From NCBI GenBank assembly GCA_028534125.1, contig CM052817.1, forward strand, positions 436,001-500,000: a stretch of 64,000 nt of DNA, given 5' to 3'. Within the stretch, counting starts at the first letter, position 1. Each line of letters opens with the position of its first letter. The position numbers were made by a program, and so were the translations under genes. This document shows positions 53,790 to 64,000 of the stretch, piece by piece. Source of the stretch: Lama glama. Taxonomy: Eukaryota. A model generated the notes under the pieces. That model was not told where the DNA came from. It saw only the letters and a list, made by a program, of their open reading frames with translations, and made no database searches.

Positions 53790-56700
53790 CTAAAAATTAA
53801 ACACAAGAGACACGTTAAACACCACTCAGGGGTGACAGGAATGCACAAGCTCCAGGCGGTCCGTGGAGGCAGAGCTGTCCCTGCGTCCTCGACCCCACGC
53901 CTGCAGCTGCCAGGCTGGGACCTACCTGGAATCAGGCCTGGCCAGTGTGCCCAGGACGCCCACCCTGACGCCTCTAGGATGCACACACTGGGAGGCAGGG
54001 GCCCTGGGGCGCAGAGAGGAGGGCACAGGGAGTGGGTCTGCAGCCAGTTCTGGAAGCTTCCATCTCGTGTGGCCAACCTTTCCTGGGCCCTTTTGGCAGG
54101 GCAGGGGCAGGGAGCCCCGACAAGGCCGCCAGGCAAGAGGCCCTGGGACGCAGACCCCGATGCGGAGGCCACTTTCCCACGTCCCCCACGGAGGCCCCTA
54201 GGCGGGGGCTTCCCCAGGGCCCACGCGAGATTCGGGCACAGTCCTCCTGGAAGTGCCGCACGGCCCAGCCCGAGGGGCAGCGCACACGGGTCCCAGGCCT
54301 TTCAGGGGCAGGGGTCCAGGAGGTTTACGGGGCTGGGAGCGAGCACAGACTGACCAGTCCCCGGGAGCACGCCGACCTTTCCTGGGTACCTGGCGAACAC
54401 TCGGCTGAGACCGCCACACGGGGGCTGAACCTGACACGCCAGGGTAGGCCGTACTGACCGGGACTGGCGATGCCACCATGTGCACCGTGAGGTCAGGCCA
54501 CGAGGAGGGCAGCTCCATGGACCAGGCACCCTGGCCCCCTACCTACTGCCGACCACAAGGAGACCGCAGCCAGGGACAGGCCTGCAGCCTCCGGAACGTG
54601 TGCGGCCCTCCCCTTTGCTGGACCCCAGCCTGCAGCCTTCCCGGGACCCAGTGGACAGAGCCGATGCTCAGAGACCCAGCTACCTCACAAGCCGCACGCA
54701 GGTGGGCCACGGGCCCTGCCATCTGATTGTGAGCCTGGGCGGAGTCAGAGGGCCTGCCCCTCCAGGCCACCCCAGCCACGCTCACTCGCAGAACGCCCTG
54801 AGCCCGCCTGTCCAGTCTGTCCCGGCGAGACTCCGGCGTCTCTGTTCCTACACCGAGAGCAGATGTACTTTGTAACCCAAACCTTGGAAGCGCAGGGATG
54901 CTGGCTGAATGGGCTCAATGACACAGGGACTGCGCTGGCCCGACAGGCCCCAGCCAGGCCAGCTGAGCGCAGCCACACGTAGCCGGGGTCTAAGACGCAC
55001 TGCTGGCTGTCTGCTGCTTGAGGGCCTCAGCGTCTGCAAACGTCTCCCCTTAATTCCCGCTGGGGGCTCCAACCCCCATCCTGACCGTGTCACTGCCCAC
55101 TGGGGACACCTGGTCACAAAGGACATGGCGTGTGGCTTCCCGCCAGCCAAGCAGCAGCTCATGGGCTTTTCTCTCCTCAGTGGCCCCCTCCAAAGGGCGC
55201 TGGGGCCACGCTGCGGGGGAGAGGGTCCCAGAGAGCAGAGCCGGCAGGAAGCCCTGCGCCAAGCCTGGTCCCCTTCTCACTCCCTCATGGCTGCCTGCGC
55301 TGAGGCCCCCCAACTGCCAGCCAGGCCCCCTGGCTGCCCGGGCTGAGCGCCCCTCCCCTCCCTCATCTTCCCAGGGCAGGTGGTCAGGACCTGCTCGGCC
55401 CCAGCCCCGTGCCCACCACGCCTGCTCTGCATGCAGCCTCCGCCAGGCCCGAGCCCTCAGGACACGCTGGGCTCCTCCTTGTCACGTCTCTCAGAAAACA
55501 ACGCGGAACGTTTGCACGCTGCAGATGGCGGACCCTCCGGATTTACCTCCTTGGAGAACGTGCTGGATGAGTCGTGAAACAGCAGGTATCACCCCACACC
55601 CCGTAAACCAAGACGCGGCCCCCAGGGGCTGCCTAAGGGACCCCGAGTGACTGTCCTCGGGCCCCAGGCCTCCTCCCTCGAGGCCAGCCCCTCTCTCCAC
55701 CTGGTCATCACAGGAGGCTCAAGGGGACAGTGATGGATGCGGGGTGCCAGGACTGAGGGTCAGGGCTTTCCGGGGCCCAGGCCTCACTCCTGCTGACCCC
55801 ACCCCAGCTGGGATGGGCAGTGTCGGCTGAAGTGGGGCTCCCACCCGTGGCCCTGACTAGGCAGAGGCAGCAGACAGCACCACGGGACCCCAAAGACCTG
55901 CCACCCACGCCTGACCACCCCACCACCTCTTCATGCTCCCTGCTCCCCAAAATCACCCCCAAACTTATCCCAAGTAGCAGGTGAGCCCCAGCAAGGCTGC
56001 AGCGGTCACCTCCGCTGGCCGCAGCCTGCTGCCCTCCCGCAGAGGGTCCCAGCCAGCCGTCTCCCTAAATCCTAGAGAAACCAGGCCAGACGCACCGGAA
56101 AGCAAGGAGGGTGCCCCAGCCAGCCTTCCCGGTCACTCGAGGCCCCCAGCAGTCAGCAGCGTCCCCAACCCCCTGCGCTGGGGCTCACGCCCCATGAGTG
56201 AGGCACAGGACCTGCGTCCTTACAGCTCGGGGAGTGAACCAGACGCCACGGGCACTCCAGGTGTCCCCCGGCTCTGCCAGGTCCCCGGCCAATCTCTCCG
56301 TGAGAACGACCTCACAAGGAAGCTCTGCTCTGCTGGTGCTGAGCAGTGGAAAGAGGACGGCTGTGTCCTGCCCCGCAGAGGAGCGGCCAGCACGCATGGG
56401 GCTCTGAGGCCAGCCTGGACAGACAGAGAGCCCCAGGCAGGTTTCAGGCCCAACGTGCAGACTGCAGGCAACCTCTGGTGGGCACTGCAGACAGACGGGG
56501 GTGAGTCTGGCTCCTCCTCTGTGGCCCCAGCCTCGGTGCCCCGTGGGCAGCACGGCAGCACCTAAGGGGCCGGAAGGGAGCCAAGCCCAGCAGCAGCATG
56601 TGGTGCAGGAACCCGACCGTCCACTGGCTCGAAGTAACAGCAAGGCCACAACCGCAAGAGGCTCCAGGCCAGTGCCGCCAACACTCACGGGTGAAAACGC

Positions 56701-59700
56701 TCAGCTTTACCCTGTTTCCAGAAATAAGCCAAAGGCCCCACAAGGGCTCTCACTGCTCAGAGTAGCAAGAGGAGAGCCTCCAGACATGGGGTGGCGGGGT
56801 GAGCTGAGAGGTGATGAGGGGAGGCCAGGGGGCCGGCAGCACGGGCCCAGGGAGGGGAGCGGGTCAGCAGTCAGCCCAGGGACCTGAAGGCCCCCTGGCC
56901 ACCTGTACCTGCAGCACCTTCTACAGCCACTGCTGGCCACACACCCCGACCCTGGCACCAAAGGGGGCCTTCTGCCCGGGAAGGGAGGGAAGGGAGGGAA
57001 GGACGGCTGGGGCAAGCAAGGCCTGGGGCCAGCAAGCGTTAACGGCGGTGGGGGGGGGGCCGGTGGCAGGCAGGGCCAACTCCCACACCCCTGGTGAGTG
57101 GAGTCCCACCGGCTCCTCATTTTATAGACACGGGGCAGGGGGAAGGGATCCAACCCCCAGAGCGCCCCAACTCCTGCCCAGCTCCGCCCACAGGCTGCCC
57201 ACGGCCACCACCCCTCCCCCACCTCTGCCACCACACGTGTGCTTGAGACCTGTCTTCAGCCACGGCTCCCTAGGTGTGGTACCCTCCCAGGGACCAGAGC
57301 ACAACTGGCACACTCTGGGCTCACCTGAGTTGCTGGGCTCCCCCCTCCATCACAGTGTGTCCCTGCTCCCTGGTTCTGGTGCCTGCAGGAAGCCTGGGGT
57401 CCTGACAACCCTGCCCCAGGCCAGACAGCGCCCCAGCTCCAGGCCCCCCTGCCTCCTGCAGCGCTGGTGAGCATCTCAAACTCAGCGCCCCCAGGACTTG
57501 CCCCGAAACAGTCCCCGCTTCCTCTCCAGCCCCAGTACCCCGCCTACCCCCCAAACTCAGGGTCAGGGTCTCTCACCCTACGTCCCATCCAACGGCCAGT
57601 CTCCCTGGTCCCCTGTGCTCCCCTCACTCCACCTCGCACCCGGCCCAAACACGGCGGCCCCCGGTACTGCAGCCAGAGCCCGCCCCACACCGCACACCCC
57701 TAGGCATGGCTGCTGCCTCACCACCCTTCCCAGTGACGCTGGCCCCTCCCTGACCCACGTCTTGACCCCGTCACACCCTCCTGAGAGCCACCTCCCGAGA
57801 CAGGGGCCCCTGCATGCCCGAACCCTGGCCCCGTCTCAGAGCGTCCCTCTGCAGCCTGCCCCCTGCACAGCCCCTGGCACTGGGCGAGGCCGGCCCACAG
57901 GCCCGGCGCCGAGGCCAGTAAACCTGCATGGGATGATGCACTGGCCTACTGATTCACCAGAATCCAAAAGGCGCCCCAACGCGTGCTGCACATAAAGGGT
58001 ACAAACCGGTGGACGTGGCACCAAGACCCTTCCCCACACGAGCCCACCTTTTACCTCTTTTGCTCAGCTCATGCCCACATGTGTGCATGGGCCCCGCGGG
58101 CTTTACAACCTGGAGAGTCCTCATGGAAAGAACGTGGTTCATCAAGAAGCACCCCATGACTTAGGGAACATGACCTTCCTGCTTCTAGGAGTGATGTCTC
58201 ACGGCCGCTCCAAGGAGACCCCTGTGGAGAGCCCCCTCCAAGGCCTGACCTCACAGCTGGATGCGGAAGTCGGAGGGTTGGAAAGACCTGGAGTCAACGG
58301 CCAGCCCACTGGAGAGACAGCCTCAGAGACAGACGCACGGCCTGACCAATGTGCCAAGGGCACTGGGCCTGCCTCCTACAGGACGGGGTCCACAGCTGGG
58401 AGGGTCCACAAAGGCTCCCCTTAGGGCCGGGGTGCCAACCCCACCAGCAGGCTTGTCGGGATTTCTTCCGAGCCATTCCAGGCTCTAGAGCCCCTGGCCA
58501 GTCTGTGGCCGGGCTCAGGGCTGATGGGGCCAGGAGGGACCACCTCCCAGAGGCAGCACAGGCGGTAACAACTCAGATGCGCTGAGCCTCCCCACTCCCG
58601 CATGACAGGCACTCAAGACCCCTGCATGGTAGGCCGCCAGGGCAGACCTGGGAGGGCCCCGTACAAGCACACGGCCCGCAGCTGAGCTTCTGGAGGAAAG
58701 GTCCAGGCTGTGACCTGCCGTCTAGGGGTGGAGAGAAGCACAGCTCTGATCACCCTCCCACCCGAATGGATCAAGGTGCAGGGCTGGATGGGGCCACCCA
58801 GGGCTTTGAGCAGGCCTCCCGCAGAGCAAGGCCAGGACACAGCCTGGCACGGGCCTCCAACAGGACCAGCTGGGGAAACTTACTGCAGGATTAAAAAAAC
58901 CTCAGACAGCCACCTCTGCCCAGGACCTCCACACCAGGGAGGCAAAGCCATGTGCAGGCACGGGGGGGGGGGGGCTCTAGCAACACACGGCCTGCCCCCC
59001 GCCCCTCACTTGACTGGCAATACCCCAGGGCGCTGACACAGGACGCTTGGGGGCACGTGAAACGTCATCGCAAAGAAAAGCCCCAGCGCAGGCCTAAGGC
59101 CTGCTTGCAGCCAGCTGCCCAAAGGCCACCCATGGCCGAACCCAAGGGCCCTGCTCCCACAAAGAGGAGTTCAGCTGGGGCTGAGGCCCTCTGGGAAGCA
59201 TTTAACACCTACTGTGGAACAGCTCGCTAGAGAGTCACACCTTCACACGGACGTGCACAGGGTTGGGTCCAGCCTCCCCAGGCATGAGGCTGAGCTGCCC
59301 GCAGGATGGAACCCTTGACATGGCAGGAGGGACCAGCCCCAGCCCCCAACCCCCAGACCCCCTCCCAGGTGTCCTCAGGCTGAAGAGGCCACAAGGGGAA
59401 CCCAGAACACAGCCAGGACAAAGGAAGGTCAAGTGGTCCAGACAGCAGCCCAGCCACCAGCCACTCCTTGGAATGAGAGGGGAGGGCCGGCAGGCAGGGC
59501 AGGAGGACTTGCCCATGGGCCTGACGCAGCTCCAGCCTCCCAAGACCGCGTAGAGATGCCCCAACCAAAGCACGCACCCAAAGGCGGCACAGAACCTGAC
59601 AGAAGAGCTGGGGGAACTGACAGGCTGACCGACGGCCCCACAGGAAGCGCAGCCCCAGAGCAGCACCAGCACCTCTCCACGATGAGGCCCAGCAGGACCC

Positions 59701-60559
59701 ACACTGTCAGCCTCCGCAATGCCCCAGACGTCTAGGGTCGAAAGGGGCCCCCCAGACCACACACATGGCCAGGCTGACATCCGGGGCAGCCAGGACAATG
59801 ACTGAGAGCACACACAGCTGTGGGGGGCGGGTATAGGCCCCGGCCCTGCGCTGCTGCGCTGCGCTGCCCCACCCACTCCCATCCCTGTCCCTGGTCCTGG
59901 CCCTGAGCCTGTCCCCCTCCCCATCCCTATCCCTGCCACACACTCCCTCATGCGGTTCCACCTCTTCCCACATCACCATCTCCACTTTGCAGACACACAG
60001 AGAGAAGTCACATAAGGGGCCCAGGACCACGCGCTGGTCAGGGCTTAGTCTGTGTTCCCCTAGGGACAGGTCTGTGCTTCTGTCTGCTGTGGTCACTCCT
60101 CCAGAAGCTCAGAGATGCTGCCCTATGCAAAAGTGGACGTGCTGCACTGACACACAGGGCAGGTCTGCACCGCCTCCAGGCACACCAACGTCCACACTGC
60201 CGGGGTCAGCTTTCTACCAAGTGTTGGCTTGTGTCTGCTTTTATACAAATGCAGTTCCCACTCTTGCAAAGGAGAGGGGGGGTCCTGGCGAAGGGAAAGA
60301 CGGGGCCACGTGGTGTAAGAACACCTGCAGTCCTCGCAGGCGCCACCATTCTCAGCCCATCTCTCCAGCCGCGCCGGAAGCTGGAGCTGATTAAGGGGCT
60401 CACCTGCCTGAGGACTCGATTCTGAGCACCCGGAAGAAAACCCATCCCAACCCTATTCTCCAAAGCAGGCGGTTCTCCCTCCCCACAACCAGAGGACAAA
60501 GCTGCCCTGGCCAATCACAGCGAACAGCATCACCAGGAAGGGGCTGCCCGGCCCAAGCT

Positions 60560-62100
60560 CCCAGCTCAAGTCGCTACCAGCTTTTTAAAAAGGTCGTCCT
60601 CCCGGCAAGCCCGGGGTGGGGGGGTGCCCTCCCTCCCCTCCGGCACCAGCCAGAGAAAGCGCCGCCCAAACCCACAGTCCAGGTGCGGCGGCAGCCCCTC
60701 CCTCCACAGGCCTGGGGAGCCCGCGGCCCCGTCTGCAGGCTCCAGGGGCAGGGCCAAGGGGGAGGAAGCTGAGGGTGCCTCCCCGCCCGCGCCCCGAAGC
60801 GGCCCCAGCCTGGTGGCCGGAAGCCGCGAGGAACTCGGGCCTGGGAAAGGTGGCAGGAGAGGCGGGCATGACAAGTGGGCACAGCGGCCCGCAAACCGAC
60901 ACCGCCCCGTGCCCCCGCCCGGCCTGCCACCCGCCCAGGCTCCGGGCCCCCGGCGCTGCCCGGGCACGGAGAGTGCCTGCTTCTGACACCTTTCAAAACA
61001 CGGCGGAAGCGAGGTGCCCGGGAACAAACGAGCGGGGCACACCTGCTCGGTTACTCAGGTGGAAACACGATGGGATCAGCGAAGGGGGCGGGTGCCCTGC
61101 CGCCGCCTCTGCCCGGCGAGCAGGAACGGCTCCCCCCGCCGCTGACGCATCACTTCAGACACTTTGAAAGTGGGTACAGAGCGCAAAGGGCGCACAGCCT
61201 GCGGGGACACCCGGCGAAGGGGCGGCGTGCGCCGGTGCTTGGGGCCCGAGACCGCGGCCCCCGCAACGTCCCCCCGGCCCGCGGGCCGGCCCCGAAGGAC
61301 GCGAGGTCACCGGCGCGCCGGCCTCCTTGCCAGGCCCCGCCAACTGGGGCCGAGCCGCAAGCGGAGGGGCCGGCGGGACATGCACACCGCGCCTGGGGTC
61401 CCGGGTGTGGGAGTCCGGGGGTCCCCGAGCCCCTTTGTGTCACCTGCGCGGGCGGGCGGGGCGGCGGCGCAGGCGCACTAGCACGCAGCTGCACGCGCAC
61501 GCGCACGGCGCTCCTGTGGTCCCGCCCCGGGCCCGACCTTCGGCGCGCGGTCGCCGGCGCGCACGCGCACTCGACACAAAGCCGGCGCCCCCCCCCCTCC
61601 CGCCCCCGCGGCCCCGCCCCGCCCCGCCCCGCCCCCGCGGCCGGAAATGCGCGCGCGCGGCCTTACCGAGCGGCAGGCCCTTGTTGAGCAAGTGCGAGCT
61701 GCCCATTGAAAGGCGCGGGCGGCCGCGGGCCCCGACAAGTCCGGCGCGCTCCGCCGCGAGCCCGGCGCGTGAGGCGGCCTGGACGCCGTCCGCTGCTCCA
61801 CCCGCTCGCCTGCGCCCGGGCGCCGCCGTGCCGAGCCGCCGCGCCGCGCCAGCAGCCGCTCCACCGGGCGGGGACAGGGCGCGCGCGCGGGCGGGGCTTC
61901 CGGCGCGGCGGCCTTCTGTTTCCAGGCGCGGGCTTCGCGCAGGACCACGCGGGCGGCTGCAGGCCGCGCCCGCCCGCCCCGCCCGCCCCGCCAGGCTCCC
62001 CCGCCCCCGCAGGCCGCTCCTGCCCCACGCCACAGCGGCCCCTTCCTGCCCGCTCCGGCACGCGCACTTGCTGAGAACCCACAAGGCCCCACCTTCCAGC
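60560..62100. promoter_or_regulatory. CTBP1: CpG island / CTBP1 promoter, with GC boxes, ETS-type CCGGAA motifs (61641-61646, 61898-61903) and GCGCGC runs
   Basis: Very high GC and CpG density surrounding exon 1; no obvious TATA box. Boundaries are approximate. Confidence 0.9.
61667..61706 (-). CDS. CTBP1: CTBP1 exon 1 coding part (CtBP1-L N-terminus)
   Basis: ATG at 61706; MGSSHLLNKGLPL+G; donor G|gtaagg; lies inside the CpG island. Confidence 0.96.
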
Positions 62101-63179
62101 TCATGCACCTGCCCCGCAGATGCACACGCACCTGCCGGCACAAGAACTTGTACCGCACCTGCCAGGCCCCACCCGCCTGCCCACGCACACGCAACTGTCC
62201 CGACATGCACCTGCCCCGCACCTGCTGGGCCCCACCTAGCTCAAACCCACTGGGCCTTGACTGCTGGGCTCAACCTGCCCTTCACCCGCACCTTCGGGGC
62301 CGCTCCCATCCCGCACCTACCCGCCAGCAGCCGAGCAAACACGCTCCTGGGCGCCGGTGGTTTAAATGTCTGGTGGTTTGGGTCCGGTCGGCCGCAAGAT
62401 CCTGGGAGGCAGTCGTGCAGACCCCCGAGGGTTTCTCTGGGAAAACTCGGCCTTATGCTTGGCTTCCCGGGACGGAGGAGGGGACGTGCCTGGCCTGGGT
62501 GCGAGGCTGGGTGGCCTCGGAACCAGCTTCCCGAAGCCAGCAGCGAGGGATGTCCCTGGGCCTGGCCTGGTGGAGGGGGTGTCTGTCTGGCCACCACGCC
62601 AGCCCCAAAGAGAGCACCCGTGCTGAGTTCCAGAAGTCCAGAGGGGACCTGGCACTCAAGGGCCACGGGGCCTCTCCAGGGCAGGTTAGCCAGGTCCCCA
62701 GGGCGACGTGGTCCCTTTGTGGGGAAGGGTGGATGCCACCCCTGGGAGACAGGGATCCAAGAGCTGGAATGTCCAGGGAGTTGGGCTGCTGTCAGATGGC
62801 CATGGGGAGTTGGCTGTGTGGCTGTGCTGGTCAGTAAAAGTAGCGGACACTGTGCTGCTAGTGCAGTTCGGTGGAACGAGGTGGACGATTCTGAAATCAG
62901 CCCTGTTATCGGTGGGTTGTTAAAATTCATAAATCAACGATAGAGTGCGGGTGGATTCAATAAAGGATGATAGAGGACTGGGTGTCTGTTTGCAAAACAA
63001 ATGCTTTTGAACTCTCACTTGGCGTTCACCTGTGAAAATACCTCCCAACCGGGTTAATTAGAACTTAGGGGGAAAGGAGGACATGGGACGTACGCGTGCA
63101 ATCAGGAGACCGCATGGAGAGCGCTCCTAAACACAGGCACAAGACGAGTCCCACGGAAAAGACAAGAATTCCAGACCTG

Positions 63180-63640
63180 GCGCCTGTCTTGCCCACACGG
63201 CCCTCTCGTTTTCTTGTTTAATGTCGTCCAGGGACAGAATCCTTGACATGGCCCGGACCAGCTCCTCCACCTCCTCTGGTCCTGTCTTGTCATCTCCAGT
63301 GCTGAGGCCCAAGTTGCCCCTTGACACCCGCTTCCTCCACCTCACAGCCCTCCCAGACCCGGGCCATCTGCATCACTTCATCCCTGTGAGTGGTACAGTG
63401 ATGGTCGAACGTAAATCAGGCTCCATGTCCCCTGTGCCAAACCCTGGAAGGCTTGTCACTGCACTGCAGAGGACATGCAGGCTCCTCCCGCAGCCAGAGA
63501 GTCTGCACCACCCGCCAGCCTCCCATCCTGCTGGGCGCCGCTGCCTGACTGCCAGGCTGCCGCCACCTGCCCCTTCTGTCTCGGGCCTTTGCACCTGCTG
63601 TTTCTGCTGTGCCCCAGCTCTTCCCAAGCCACTTTCTCCC
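63180..63640 (+). mobile_element. L2 LINE fragment
   Basis: taaatcaggctccatgtcccctgtgccaaaccct...cactgcact and ctcgggcctttgcacctgctgtttc...gctcttccc match the recalled L2 3' region. Confidence 0.6.
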
Positions 63641-64000
63641 CTGTGCCCTCTGCCTGGTCAGGACAGGCACAGGCTCCTGCCTCAAGGAGAGGGCCTGGGG
63701 GTTAGTCCAGCCACCTGATGGCCCCCCTACTCCCCACAACCTTGCACATGGCCCTGAAAACCCCAAACTGCCTTCAGAGAATGGGCCTGCGGACCAGGGC
63801 GGATGAGGAAGCCCAGAGAAGCCCCTCCCTCTCTCCGCCACAGCCACAGTGTGGCTTGGACCCAGGACAGAGCCACCCACCCTGCCTGGCCAGGTTCTGC
63901 TACCCCCCTCCTGAGGCCCCTTCCCTGGAGACCTCGCCGGCCGGGAGAAGGGTCCTGGAGAGACCCCATCCCTTCGCTCCTCAGCAGGACCCAGGTTTGC

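Noticed and set aside
61707..62210. Reading frame open for about 168 codons upstream of the CtBP1-L ATG (possible N-terminal extension)
   Set aside because: The start is GTG and probably lies upstream of the TSS; an open frame is expected in a CpG island.
61327..62943. 538-aa plus-strand ORF across the CpG island
   Set aside because: Pro/Arg/Ala low complexity, non-ATG start, and antisense to CTBP1 exon 1; stop codons are rare at this GC level.
63127..63345. Protein-looking minus-strand peptide EEVEELVRAMSRILSLDDIKQENER
   Set aside because: Overlaps the antisense of an L2-like fragment; no recognisable family.

Overview
GC-rich mammalian genomic DNA, probably a camelid (judged from a tRNA-Ala-derived SINE and a cetartiodactyl-type young L1). 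It is syntenic with the human 4p16.3 SPON2-CTBP1 region. Two complete, intact, spliced protein-coding genes lie on the minus strand. SPON2 (spondin-2/mindin) has 5 coding exons, CDS 11535->8694, 332 aa, plus a probable short non-coding first exon. CTBP1 has CDS 61706->38522, 440 aa for the long isoform; the cassette exon at 53597-53789 gives the short isoform, and a NAGNAG acceptor adds or removes one Ser. The CTBP1 CpG-island promoter is at about 60.6-62.1 kb. The rest is introns and intergenic DNA containing old L1/L2/MIR/HAL1/Charlie fragments, a young L1 nested in an older one, a 39-bp VNTR spanning a 500-N gap, and microsatellites. Nearly all other ORF-track entries are GC-rich noise. I found no clearly novel system. 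The best leads are a dense CACCTG (ZEB-type) cluster at the CTBP1 promoter, stacked uORFs in the CtBP1-S leader, patchy AT->GC drift of fossil repeats, and a possible decayed or non-coding minus-strand transcription unit between the two genes (speculative). Repeat family names and human exon/protein comparisons are from memory of consensus sequences, not from searches; repeat boundaries are approximate.
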